Positions 37,984 through 51,426 of a stretch of 64,000 bases of DNA are shown piece by piece. A program made the translations under genes and the position numbers. The stretch is taken from positions 4,370 to 68,369 of the forward strand of contig MNCI01002109.1 in NCBI GenBank assembly GCA_015680685.1, read 5' to 3'. The notes below the pieces were generated by a model, which worked only from the letters and a program-made list of their open reading frames with translations, had not been told where the DNA came from and did not search any database. This DNA is from Gnetum montanum (taxonomy: Eukaryota; Plantae; Gnetophyta). Position 1 is the first letter of the stretch. Each line of letters begins with the position of its first letter.

Positions 37984-40742
37984 ATGGCCCCAAAGAGTGG
38001 AGCACAAGGAGGACCCTTACAAGGTACAAAAAAATGACCAAAAGGCCAAGGTAAAGGCCAAATTGGAGGACAAGAACCAAAGCATAATGATCAAGATGCC
38101 TAATCATTTAATATCCATTAAGAAACTGCTACTATGGGACAATCAACCCAAGGAGATGTAAATGAATTATAAGTGCAAAGACAATGCCTCATGTTTTCAT
38201 AAGACTACCTCCAAGTTATTCAAGAGAGGTCAATTTTGACCATAGTCATTATGGAGATGAACTTTGGCCTATTCATGGAATTTATATTAGAAGTAGTAAA
38301 GACATAACTTAAGGCATTGCCACTATGGCCTATCCTATTTGATAGTGGCGAATGGTACCTTGGGAAAACCTATTAGTTCTAACACAATAAGGAAGAGGGC
38401 ACCATAGTCAACTTTGGAGAAGTCTTTGTCTCATACTTAGTCAAGGTGATAGTAGAAGCTCTTAACATACCAAATGAAGGGGCAAAAATATCACATCTAT
38501 CCACAAGATTAGATGTTGAAACTAGGAAATTATGTCTAAAATAGACATATGGCAAGGAAGATAAGGGATATAGTGAGCTAACTCTAGAGGAGTAAATCTA
38601 TTTTAAAATTGGCATCTATTACTTGTTCCCAACCAAAGGATTGACTAGGTTATCCACCTATAGGCTAGGGGAAGTGTGATCTTGATGGGGAAATACAATG
38701 CCAATATCGTACAACTCTACCTTAGGAAAATTTAGTGGCAGTTTGAAGAAAGGAAGGCAAGAAAGCCAATGCTTCCATTGCCTTGCCTTATCAAGAAGCT
38801 ATGCAAGGAGTCAGAATCCTAGGATACACTAATGACATTCCTAAGAGAGCCTAGAATGCTTCATATGCTAAATTATTCAAACCAACACCACCCAGAAAGG
38901 ATTAGGATGAAGGGAAATAAGAACAAGAGCAAGCAAAACAATAGGAGCAACAAAAACAAAAATAGTAGTAGCAATAAGAATAGCAACAACAGTAAGTTCT
39001 ACCACCACCACTGTAAGATTATAGGCCATCAATGAGTCATCTACAACAAATTGCAGAAATTAGTAGCTAAGGATCAAGGAAGGAGGCCAACCTTTACAAA
39101 GTTATTGATAGTGCCATATAGCCTACCATTTCAATAGATCCTAGAAGTGGAAAAATTTCACTACAATCAGGAGGAGAGGTCGAATGGTTACAACAAATCT
39201 TTGGAAATGCTACATCATTCTAAGTGGTGCTAGAGCTTGGAGAAGGAGGAATAGTTGTGGTAATGTAGCACCAAGATGTAGCGAGAGTAGTAGAGGTGAT
39301 TAATGATCACATAAAAGAGTCCTTCAATGTACCTATTGTGCCACCAACAAATCTAACTGGAGCTAGAGATGCTCAAATGTTAGCTAAAATCTCAATGACT
39401 CCTGCTAACCATGAAGATGTGCTCGATCAACTGCTGTAGACTAGACAAGTTATGAAAACACTCTTCAACATCCCAAGTGAAGTCACTACAGTACAGTTAA
39501 AATTAATTACTACTAAGGGTAAACTAGTTATGGCAAAAACTATGGTAGAGCATGTATAAGTATAAATCCATAGACCCCAAGAAGAGCTCGTAGCCCTAAG
39601 AGCTAAACATAGAGATCCCACACAATTCATTGCACCTAACTAGATAGAGTAGTTTAGGATAGAGCAAATGAACCACCTGATCAAGAAGAATAAAAAAAAT
39701 GGAAATGGAGAAGGAGAAAGTAGTGAGAAATGCATCAGTAGTAGAAGCACAAACATATGCACATGCTAAGGTACTCATTACTATTCAAGAAGAGAATAAA
39801 CAACTTACTACCAATAATATGAGGTTAACCATTGTAGAAAAATAGAAAAATATTCTAGAAGAAAGAATCCATCAAATAATAGAATAACTAGTAAGGGTCA
39901 ACCAAGACATGAGCCACCTCACAAGAGAAAATAGAACCCTCTCAATAGAGAAAGTATGCATCATTTGACAAAAATCAAGTATTGAAATTAGTGCATAGCA
40001 GAACAAGGCAAAGAAACATGAAAGGCTTAAGAAACACTTCTATGATTAGGTGGGAATGTACAAGTAGATCAATGAGAAAGAAAAGAGATCCAGATGACCA
40101 AAGTTAGAATCAGCTCTATTTAAGTAAAAAATCCTAACTAGCAATCCATCTTGAATAGCTATGCCCACATTCACTAGGTGGAAGTAAAGAATAAAGACCT
40201 ATATATTAAGGACCTAAAAGAGTACATGGGGTTACCTAACCTTCATTATGCTAACTTGGCCATGTGAACAATAGCTAGGCCCAGAAACAAGCTAGAATAG
40301 TAAGTAACAGCCACATACACATTGTATGAGAAAACGTTTATGGATTGCAAAGATGTCTTACAAAAACTCTAAGTGGTAAACTTTGAATTAGAAGTAGTCA
40401 ATGCTAGCTACCAAGGGTAGAAAGATGTTGTAGCACACCAAGCCAAAAGGTTATTTGATTATCATGCATTATGGGAGAAGGCTAGAGTATACACAGAGGA
40501 GAGAAGGCAATTTGCAGCTTGATATGTTAAGGCTAATCAAATGTTTTCACACCTGTTGTGCCCTCGAGATGTACCCACTTCATCACACATTGCACAATAA
40601 GCATCGACGATACATGACCCAAGAATAGAGGAGGAAAATCTTTAAGCATCCCTGAATCAATACAAGTTCCAGAAGCTTGACAACAAGGGAAAGCAACTAG
40701 TGGAGGAATCGTTGCTACTAGGAACTACCTAGACTACATTGA
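37984..40742 (+). pseudogene. Accessory (env-position) ORF, decayed
   Basis: tgattgtag|ATGGCCCCAAAGAG start, collinear with 29567-32290, poly-Q tract at 38910-39000. Confidence 0.85.
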
Positions 40743-40939
40743 GCTTCTTCAAATTTTTTTTTTGATCAAAATTTTCATGTCATGTCCTATGTATATTTAT
40801 TGTAAAACATCACTACAACATTCAAGATTCATGTATATAGTAGTTAGTGTCATGTAAATCTACCTTTCAATTTTGTAAGAAACTCTATCTTCATTTTGTT
40901 TTAACTCAAGGAAGAGTTTTACAGTTAGTCATGGGGGTA

Positions 40940-42661
40940 TGATAAATAATTATTTCCAATTGTCACAATATCAAGCATCCGATACCAAGGCTACAATATT
41001 GAATCCTTGATATTAGGGCACAAGCTTTAATGTTAGATATCTGATATTACTCCACATGTTCCTACTTATAAATAAGACACTTAGGCACATGGTTAAACAA
41101 CTTTTCATTCCATCCTAAGGTAGACTCTTGTAGTTTGTTTTTTTAGTTTAGCAATAGAGTGAATTCCCATAGTGTGATGTTGAGCAGTTATCCAGAGTCT
41201 TTATTCAAGTAAAGTGCACTTGGGTACACTTCATGATAGAAATAAAGATTGAGATTTCTTTTCATCATTGCATCATCCACTTGGCTTTATTGTTTTACTT
41301 AGCATAATTCTTAATGTTTTCCTTGTTTAATTAGTTACATTTCCAAGTACTTTACTTTCCTTGTTCATAGTAAAGTGGAATGAGTACTACTAGTTTTGAT
41401 CATTTAACTATAATCATTTAGTAACCCAATAGTGGTTTCACTTGATTTGCTCAATAGTGAACTCACTTGGTAATCCTAGTAACAATTACATGAGCCCAAG
41501 GCATGTATGGCAAGCTAAGAATGGATACTCATCACTCTAGGCTAGAGTAGATTATTTTACCATTTTCCTTAGACTCAGAATTATTTCTACATTTTATCAT
41601 TATAGCTAGGAGTTATGGCCTACCAACATCAATATATCATACACCTTACTAAGAGCTAAACCATACGATTAATTATACTAGCTCCATGTGGGAAGACACC
41701 AATCCTAAATGATGGGTGATGAGGTACCCCTATGTCCAACCATACAAATCACTAAAGCATTACATGTGATCCTGTTGAATTCCATGGACCTATAGTTATC
41801 TCATACACTAGTTCCTCTAGGAAGTGAAATAGCATTGAGAACATTTGTTGTCTTCCCAACCACACTTATCAGGCTCAAGGATATGGTTTAAGTGTAACTG
41901 AGATATATGAGTTTTTATCGTTTTATGTTTTATGGATGTAATCACCTACAACAAGAATAAAGGATAGAGTAGATTGAAACTAATGTCTATTGCCTAGCTA
42001 GCCTAACACAAGTAACTTTTCCACTTTCCTGGACACATCCTAAACACATATAGCACTACTAGGCTACTAAACGTTAAGCATTACTGGGTTACCAAGTACT
42101 ATATAAATGGTCAAAGTGGTTGTGCTTGTGTTCATTAATTTCTAGAAATAAATTACTTAATCAAATGTATTAAAGTAAAGAACAAGAAAGTAGAATGCAT
42201 TAAAGTCATTATTAAGCTATTCTCAATGTTGCAAGGATTGTCAAAAGAGTTTGTTTTATTCCTGTCACACTGGTGTGCTCAAGTACATCAGTGCTCAAGA
42301 AAAGAACTATACACACTTAATATTCCTTCTGCAGGCACTCAAAAAATATTCTAACTCTAAGGAAAATAAACTACAAGAGCTTCGCTACTTTTCTTAAAAA
42401 CTGAAAACTCAAACTATTGAAAACTTGTGAAAACTAAAGCCCAGGCGCAGTATTTATAGACTCAAGTTATATACCCTGACATTGAATATCTGACATCAGA
42501 TCTAGGCCCCAACATCATGGCCAACACAAATGGTGATTCATCACCAAACTTGAACTAATTACTAGTAGAATCACATTGCCTCATCTATGGATTATGAGTA
42601 GGCTACATGTGAAAAATTGTATCTTGTATGGTTGGATGTTGGATTACTTCACTACTCATCA
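40940..42661 (+). repeat. LTR shared between two internal regions, interrupted by a solo LTR
   Basis: PPT agtcatgggggta at 40927-40939, tgataaat...ctcatca termini, followed by leader and gag (PBS deleted). Confidence 0.85.
41710..42543 (-). mobile_element. Solo LTR (834 bp) nested in an LTR
   Basis: tgat...atca ends, flanks ctaaa/ccaaa (5-bp TSD with one transition), host LTR resumes after it. Confidence 0.88.
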
Positions 42662-42789
42662 CTGAGTAATGGATTTCATAAGTTCATTGTATTAATAACC
42701 CAAAGTTAAAATTCATAATTTTCTAATAACTCTAAAAAGTAAGTACACTTAACCAAATGTCTTAAATCACAACCTGGCTTCAAACAAGG

Positions 42790-45700
42790 ATACATCATCA
42801 CCTACAAAAGAGACAAGAAGAGGCAATGATAGAATCAATGATGAAGAAGAATGGAGTAGGCCAACGCAAGTAAGGATCTCATACACTCATCACGATCCTT
42901 ATTATCCCAAATTTACTTTCATCTTTTACCAAGATGGGCAACTAAGGTGAAGAGATCTTTAAGGTAACATTATTCTACCTCCAGAGCTCTCAACACCCAT
43001 CATGCTTTAGACAACTCTAAGGGGCATGAATCTAAGTAAGACACTTGATGGGTATCATGTGACTAAACACATGAAATGATCCTATTAGCCCACTCAGGAG
43101 CAAGCAAAGAGAGATGTTGCCATGGAAATGAAACATGTTTTAAAAAAGGAAAGAAAGTCAACTCTCCTATTATCTTAGAAGAGCTTGTTGATGATACATT
43201 CATCATTGAGCAACTCCACCAAAATCATGAAGTCCATTCATAGATACCTATCATCCAATTGGAGGAACCTGTCAAAGTTCAATTACATTCAACCCTAGCA
43301 AAGACACCTAAGAGGGAAGCAACTAACTAAAATTATAAGTAGGACTCAAGGCCAAGATCTTATGCTAGATCCTACAAAGAAGAATACCAGAGTCATGTTG
43401 TCACCATTCTCCTACTATCTCATCCTCATCCTCATGATCATCAGTGGACTTTGATAGGAGGAGGCTAAGGCACCAAGACCATGACAAGGAGAAGAGAAGG
43501 ACTCATGATCATCATGACTATTGCCCAAGGCATTTAGAAGAAGAAGATGAAGATTATGAATGAAGAAGACATAGGGATAAAAGCAAAGACCAAGAATTAC
43601 ATGAGCACTAAAGGAGGTATCACTAAAATAGAGCCAATGGACTCAATCACAATGATGAATCTCTATTGGCTACTCAAGGCATGATCAACATTAAGAAAAT
43701 TGTTTATATTTTGACAAAGCACATCAAGGATAGTTGTATTAAACAACCAAATATGAACATGCCCAAATTTGGAGGTGGTTATAATGTTGATCCTCAACAC
43801 CACCTTCAATTATTCAATGATGCCTACATCCTGCAAAATATTGAAAGTGACTAACAAAAATTGAAATTGTTCCCAAGGACATTTGTAAAAGAAGCTAAGA
43901 GCTAGTATAGATCACTTAAACTAGAATCAATCAGAAGATGAAGTACCATGCTAGTGCTCTTCAATGATAAATATCAAACTTATTCATGAGTGTTCAATTT
44001 GCAAAAATAAATCTAGCGATGAAAGTAAGGTATCCATGAATCCCTTGATGTGGAAATGGGAAGGTATTATTTACTATTGCATAGAAGCCCAAGCCATGGA
44101 TTCTCACAATAGGAATAGCTAAGGCACATTGTAGATGGGCTATAGATTAAGACCAGTGGGACCCTTGGGGTTTATGCCCAAGGCTAATTATTAGAGATGT
44201 CTACACATCATATACAAAGATTGATTGATTAAGTGATAAAGGAGGAAGTTGAGTTAAGAAAGAGAGAATTAGTAGAAGAATATAATAGAGATCCATTTAT
44301 CAAGAAAAGAGATGTAATAGTTTGTGATACTCAAGAGGAAGAAACCTTGGATCAAGTAATTCAAAAGAAGACTCTACCAATTTAGAAATCTATAATTGAC
44401 ATAGCAGCAAAGGTAGAGAAATGTGGGACTCAATTGGTGAAAAATTTGTAACAACATTGAAGATTGTGAATGAGAGAATAGATAAAGCCTTTGGCAAAGG
44501 CAAGGACAAGAAAAAGAAGAATGATTTTGGATGAAAGTATAAAGTAGCCTTAGTGGCTGAGTGTTTAGACACAAACTCCAAAGATGAAAAGGGATGTGTC
44601 ATATGGCAACACAAACATCCTAAGGGATGTTGTCCACTAATGGAATACTTACAAGAAATAGGGACATATGCACTTAACCCCAAATTCATCAAGAAACAAA
44701 TACCCAAACGGTTACCTTATCCTCAAGGTACCTACAGGCAAACCTTCTAACCAACATACTATCCCAGTGGAGCTTACCCATAGCCACAAGAGTAGTACCA
44801 TCAGTACTGGCAACAACCTCAATCATGGGCCATGCCATCACCATGCTAACAATACTGATATAAATAGCCTAATCCATATGGATATTATGTGCAACATCCA
44901 ATCTTTCCTAGAAATGCTATTGTTCAAACTTCACAATACCACCCAACCAAGTATCATAGACCAACACCACCAAGGACAGATCCAAGCTCATACATGCATT
45001 CATTAATAATCGGTTCTTCAAACCAACATTTGAATCCTTTACCACCTATGCCACCTCTTGTCATGTAGGGGGAAATGTTGTCACAACTGCAACAAAAAAG
45101 CACAGTAAGGGTGGTTAATATGCAAAAGGAGGTGATTACATGTGAATCACAACCCAGAAAATGATAGTTCTTCTGAACGAGTCCTAAGAAGGTTTGATAA
45201 ATGGGGAACACATCTACTTCCACCCCATCTACATCTAATACTCTTCAACATAACAATCTTTCATCTTTGTCAAATGCTAATGTAACATTTGTCATGCTTA
45301 TCCAAACAATCATCCACTGGATAAAGACAAGAGCACTTCCATAGAAGTGAACTGATCTAGGAAGTCCTTTAGTCTACCTTCAAATAGTAGGGAAAAAAAC
45401 ATGCATGGCTTTACTTGATTCCATGTCAAGAGTGAACTTGATCTTACAAGACATGTATCAAGACTAGAATATACCACCATTAAAGAAGAGTAACATCCTA
45501 TTAGAGCTTGTCGACCAATCGATCACAATTCCACTAGGACAAGTGGATGATGTGATCACCACCATCAATGGTTGGTCATACCCTATAGATTTTCTAGTGA
45601 TCCATGTTGTTAAAAATAAGAGAGAATTCCCAATCATCATGGGAAGAACTTGGCTTTGCACTGTGGATGCTAAGCTTAGTATTTGCAACTTGTCCTTAGA

Positions 45701-48700
45701 AATTTTCAAGGAAGATGAAGTTGGTATCATACAAAGGCATAGAGTTCCATGTATCGCATACAAAGATAATGGGTGCAATTGCATGCAAAAGATATGGGCC
45801 ATTAACTAGAAAAATACAAAGGCATGCAATAAATGTATGGAGGAAATATGTATGCAAAAATGTCTGTATGTGGTAGCCACACAACAAGAAGGCACCCAAT
45901 GGCTGGTCATAGATAAAGAAACTTAATCCAACAAGTACATGGAACTAGCAGAGCAGATTGTTAGTGCCTACATTGAAGAAGCTAATAAGTTAGAATAGGT
46001 AAGAAAAATGAACTCCTACCTATGCATAAGTTAAGAAGAAGAAACAAATTGGGGATAATTAGAGATCCCAAATACCATGCAGCCAAAACTGCTTATAGTA
46101 AAGGTCCTATTGACAACATTACAGTATGCTTTCCTAAACCATAAGAAGCTAGTAATAATCAATGACAACCTAAAAGAAGAATAGAAATGGAAGTTGCTAG
46201 AAGTGATTAACAAATGGCCCACAACATTTGTGATGTCTTACAATGAGATCACAAGAATTGATTTGAGACTTTTTCAACATTAGATATATACTGATCTAGT
46301 GGTCAAACCACAATGCCATTCCCAATGAAGACTCAATCCTAAATTAAAAGAAGTAGTCAAGTAAGAGTTGGGAAAATTTCTAAAGGTAGGACTCATCTAT
46401 CCTATTGCAGATAGTGAATGGATTAGTCCCTTAGTGATTGTTCTAAAGTAGGAGATAAATGGTGGGTTTGCATTGATTTCTGGATGTTGAATGCTACTAC
46501 TTTCAAGGATCACTTTCCTTTGTCATTTATTAATCAAACCTTGGATACCATTGTAGGATGTGAGTATTATAGTTTTTTGTATGGATATAGAAAATATAAT
46601 TAGATCTACATTACACTTGAAGACCAAGAGAAAACAATGTTCACTAGTTCATAAGGAACATTTACTTACAAATAGATGCCCTTTGGACTTTGCAATGCAT
46701 TAGCCACCTTCCATAGACTAGTACTCAATATCTTCTAGAAACAAATTGGCAATGGTGTTAAGATCTTCATTTGGACTAGCTGGAGTAAGTACTGAAGAGA
46801 TGTGTGGAAACCAATATCAAGCTCAACTAGTAGAAAAGCCACCTCATGGTCTAGGATGGTATAGTGTTGGGACATAAGATCTCTCAGAAAGTCATAAAGG
46901 TAGATCCTAAAAACATTTTAGTCATATAAAATATCATTGAAAGGCCATAGATAGTAAACAATGTGAGATCATTCTTGGGCCACACGAGATATTATAGAAG
47001 ATGTATAGAGAATTTTTCAAAGATAGCAAAATTGCTTGTGGAACTCACTAAGAAGGATGCATCCTTCAATGAACATAGTCATATGAAAAGGCATTTGAAG
47101 CTCTAAAGTAGAAACTAGTTTAGACACCAATCCTTCAAGATTCAGATTGGTCCAAGCCTTTTCACATCATGATTAATGCTTCCAATTATGTACTTGATGT
47201 ATAATTAACATAGTTAGATGATCAAAAGAGACCTTATTATATACACTATGCCAATAGAAGCATCACTAGAGAAAATTGAACAACATTAGAATAGAAAAGG
47301 GGTTGATTATCATGGTGTACACACTTGAAGAGTTTAGACATTATGTGCTCGAGTATCAAATTTATGTCCATACCATTCATAGTGCCATCCAATTTCTCAT
47401 GAACAAGCCAATAGTTAATCCCAGGTTGAGAAGATGACTTGTTATTCTACAAGAATTTGACATCATAATGATTGATAAAAAGAGAATAAAAAATGTGTTA
47501 GCTGATCATCTATTAAGGCTAAAGTGGGATGCCCAATATCAAGCAAAACCTTTATTTAATTGGTTCCTCGATAAGAACTTATTTATTAAAATAGTAAAGT
47601 CTATAAGTTCAACAAGGAAGCAATGAACTACATAATATCTGACCTGCCTATCAACACAACAGCTTGTTGTTGGCTAGAGTAAGAAAAAATAGAACAATTC
47701 CTTCATAGAGCAAAAAGATATATGAAAATTAATGGTAATCTATACAAGTTCTATGTAGATACTAGTTAGATGGTGTGTGCCAAAGTGTGACCAATAAAGA
47801 GTCTTATAGGATGCCCATAAAGTCCCATGTGGTGGCCACTATGCAAGGCATAGAATGGCACTCAAATTGATGATGGCAAACTACTTTTGGCCTACCTTGT
47901 TTAGATATGCCCACACTTGAGCATAATCTTGTAAGCAATTCCAAAAAGATGAAGGGATTACGACTAGATATGAAAGGCCACAACAATGAATATAGCCACT
48001 TGAACCCTTTGACATATGGAAACTTGATTTTATGGGACTCATAACGCTAATGTCAAATGGAAAAGCATATGTAATTGTGATTTTGGATTACTATACTAAG
48101 TGGGTAGAGGTAGCAGCAATAAAAGACTATATAGCAAAGACAGCTGCTAAATTTTTCCAACAGCATGTGGTGAATAGATTTGGAGTACTGAGAATGCTCA
48201 TATCATATAATGGAACTCGCTTCACTAGTGCTACATTTAAAAAGCTCATGCAACAACTTGGGATGAACCATAAATTGACCACACCATATTATCCCTAAGC
48301 AAATGGTCAAGCTAAAATTACTAACTAAGAAATTACTAAGATACTTACTTGGCTAATTAGTAGGTTTGGAAGGACTATAGCACTAAACTAAATGATGCTC
48401 TATGGGCTTATAGGATGTCCTAAAAACTATCTATAGGGTACTCACCATATGAGTTAGTTTATGGTAAGCTACCAATGCTCCCTATCTAGGCAAAGCTTCA
48501 TGCTCTAACTACTACTAGTCAACTTGACCTTGATTTGAGCTTATCCCAACATGAACTCTCATGAATTTTAACCTTTTAGACAAAAATAGGCTGGTAGAAC
48601 TCATGAGTAATGAGGTCCATAAACATTACTCTAAACTTAGGCACAATACAAGGATAATAAAAGTAACTCTACAACCCAATGATAAGTTTCTTTACTATAA

Positions 48701-48920
48701 TCTGAATCATCTACCCCCAAAAAGCCAAATTTCAAACACTTTGGAAGGGACTATACATTATTCAAGCCACTTATCCATCTATTTGGTGCCTTACATATCT
48801 ACCACCCATCCTATCCACATAAGCTCATTCTTGCTAACATCCAACAAGGAAAACTATACTATGAACATTCCAAAGAATCTACCCACTCTATCCAACTCTC
48901 TTCTACCCATTCTCTCTTCC
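42790..48920 (+). pseudogene. Full gag-pol of a formerly autonomous Athila-like copy (gag, PR, RT, RNase H, IN)
   Basis: gag 43690-44250; PR 45380-45720; RT KDHFPL, MPFGLCNA.ATF.R (catalytic DD deleted near 46770); RH SKPFHIMINAS, LADHL; IN PCGGHYA, PFDIWKLDFMG. Order RT-RH-IN indicates Ty3/gypsy. Confidence 0.95.
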
Positions 48921-51003
48921 ATTTAACCAATCCTAATAATAGTCATGTAGGTATCCATATGGACCCATAGGTACTATACTAAATTTTTACTTTCTTTTTA
49001 CTCTTTCATTCTTTTATAACCTTTTTATTTCTTAGTAATTTCTTAATTCTTTTACATTTTTCATTCTTAAATACTTTTTTATTCTTTTAACATTTCTCAT
49101 TCATTGCATCTTTTTCCATTTTTTTACTATCTTTTTTATCCTTTCATAAATATTTTTGATTACTAATAAAACAAACCAAGAATAAGGCAAGATGTAGTCT
49201 CATAAGGTGAAGATTTCTATATGCTATCAAGTCATAAGGGACTTAGTATTGGTAGAGTGACACCACAACATTCATCTACCCATTCCATTAATAAGAGGTT
49301 CTTACCATGATCATAATGATATTCTTTCCATCATAAAACTAAGAATAAACACATGATCATTATGCCTGAGTCAAAAGGTGAAGGATCATTATGCCTAAAC
49401 CAAAAAGTGAAGAACCAAGTGGGAATGTCAAGGGTATGACATCAAGGGAACTTGTGGATTTTCTCATATTACTACTATGAGTTCTATCCTATTGCTTAGG
49501 TTGTGTTATATTCTTATAGACCTAATGAAACATGGGAATAAGAGAATAATAAATGCTACCTTACCATGTCACCAAAAAGACATGTTACCCATGCCTAAAG
49601 GTAGGCAGCTTCTTAGGAATTTCAAAAAATAAAAAGTGCAATGAATATACTCCTCCCTTGGACAATATGCCAAGTGGCAATACACCTTGCAATAGTGGTA
49701 TTCTTATGGTTGTAACTCCAAGAGATGAAATAATGTGATGTCATTAGAATGTGGTCTAGACTTGGTTTGAATATTAGACAAAAAGGCTAATGATTACTTT
49801 ACTCACTAATAAAACACAAGAATTTATTATGCTTATGGTAAGACACCTCACGTCCCGACTTCTACAATCTCTTCTAAGACCATCTCATCTCACCATATGA
49901 ATAATTATAACTTGTGCTTTTGTGTAGCATAGTGACATTTTCCCAAAATGGTGATACTAACATGTGTGTTTTTCTAAACAAGTATGTGTTATATTTAACT
50001 CCTTGAGTACCTAAGGACACTTTGAGGTATGGTTATATAGTGGAACTAAGGGTTGAATCCTACTTTGGGGAGGACCCACTTGTATAACTATTGTATCTTA
50101 TACCTAGTAAGCAATTCCACATCATCTTAAGCCTTCCAACAGTAGTAAATGTTAATAAAATTTCCCTCAACAATTCATTCATACAATAAGAATTCATTAC
50201 CCATATCATCCATCTCATTAACACTTAATATACTTTCATACCCTGAAATTCCTTCTTTATGCACTTTCTATGCCAAATTTTCAAAAAATATGCATCATTC
50301 CTAGCCCAAGATCCTTTAAACATGTTTCATATCTTCCTAATATTCAAATTGACTCATTCTTTTTCATGAAAAATCTAAAATTTTCACCTTTGATATCATA
50401 TCAAAGCCCCTTTGATATTAGATCTCTAATATCATAGTACATAAAAAGTATAAATAGAGCGGTGGACTTGGTGAAATTTTCATTTTCAACTTTTGAAGTA
50501 AGGGGAGTTTTTGTCATTTTTCTTTTGAATTGAGAGCTTTGACATCCCAACTTCACACACTCATAACTCCACACTCGTAGCTCCAATTTTCATGATTCTT
50601 AAACCTTTTTGATCATGGAGTTCTCAGGTTAGTCATAGGGGAGTGCTTAGCATGATATTGCAAAACCTTGAGTCATATCGCTAAATGCCTAGAAGATATC
50701 ATAAGGGTAAGTATGAAGGGAAAATGAATATTTCTAAAAAAAATCAATCACACTGAAGCTAGAAACACTTAAATAATTCTCTTAATGAATCATACCAACT
50801 ATCATAAGTCATAAATAAAAAAATAGATAACTATGAAAGGTTATAAGGAAACTAACACTTAAGGGGTTTCTTTTTGAAAAATTTTCTAACTTTGCAATCA
50901 TAACGAGCTAAGAACTTGATCTTGTAAAGGGTACAAGTAAGAAAAGGGCTATCAAGAATTTGATTAAATGTTGTAATAATTTCCAAACCCTTGGTGATTG
51001 TAG

Positions 51004-51426
51004 ATCGTCCCAAAAAGAGAAGCAATAGGAGTACCTTCATAGCTAGTAATTAAGAGGCCAAGAAGGCATGGACAATGCTAAATTGGGAAAAAAACCCCAT
51101 AAGTAAAACATGCAGTTTAGGAGGCTCAATTCTTTAGTCTCCATCAAGAAAATCCTACTACACAACATTCAACCTAGGTAGAGGTAGTATATCCACAAGC
51201 ACCAACACAAGGACAATGCCTCATGTTATCACCAGATTACCTCTAAGCCATCCAGGAGAAATTGATCTTGACCACAGTGATTGTAGAACTCAACTTTGGT
51301 CCATTCGTGGAATTTTCTTTGAAAGCGATGAAGATGCAACTCCAAGAGTCACCATTATGGCCCACATTTACAAACAATGAGGAATGGCATTTGGGGAAGG
51401 CCTATGAATTCTAGTAGAATAAGGAG
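51004..51426 (+). pseudogene. 5' part of accessory ORF, cut by insertion of the Tat/Ogre-like element
   Basis: tgattgtag|ATCGTCCCAAAAAGA (start codon mutated), homologous to 37984-38400. Confidence 0.85.
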
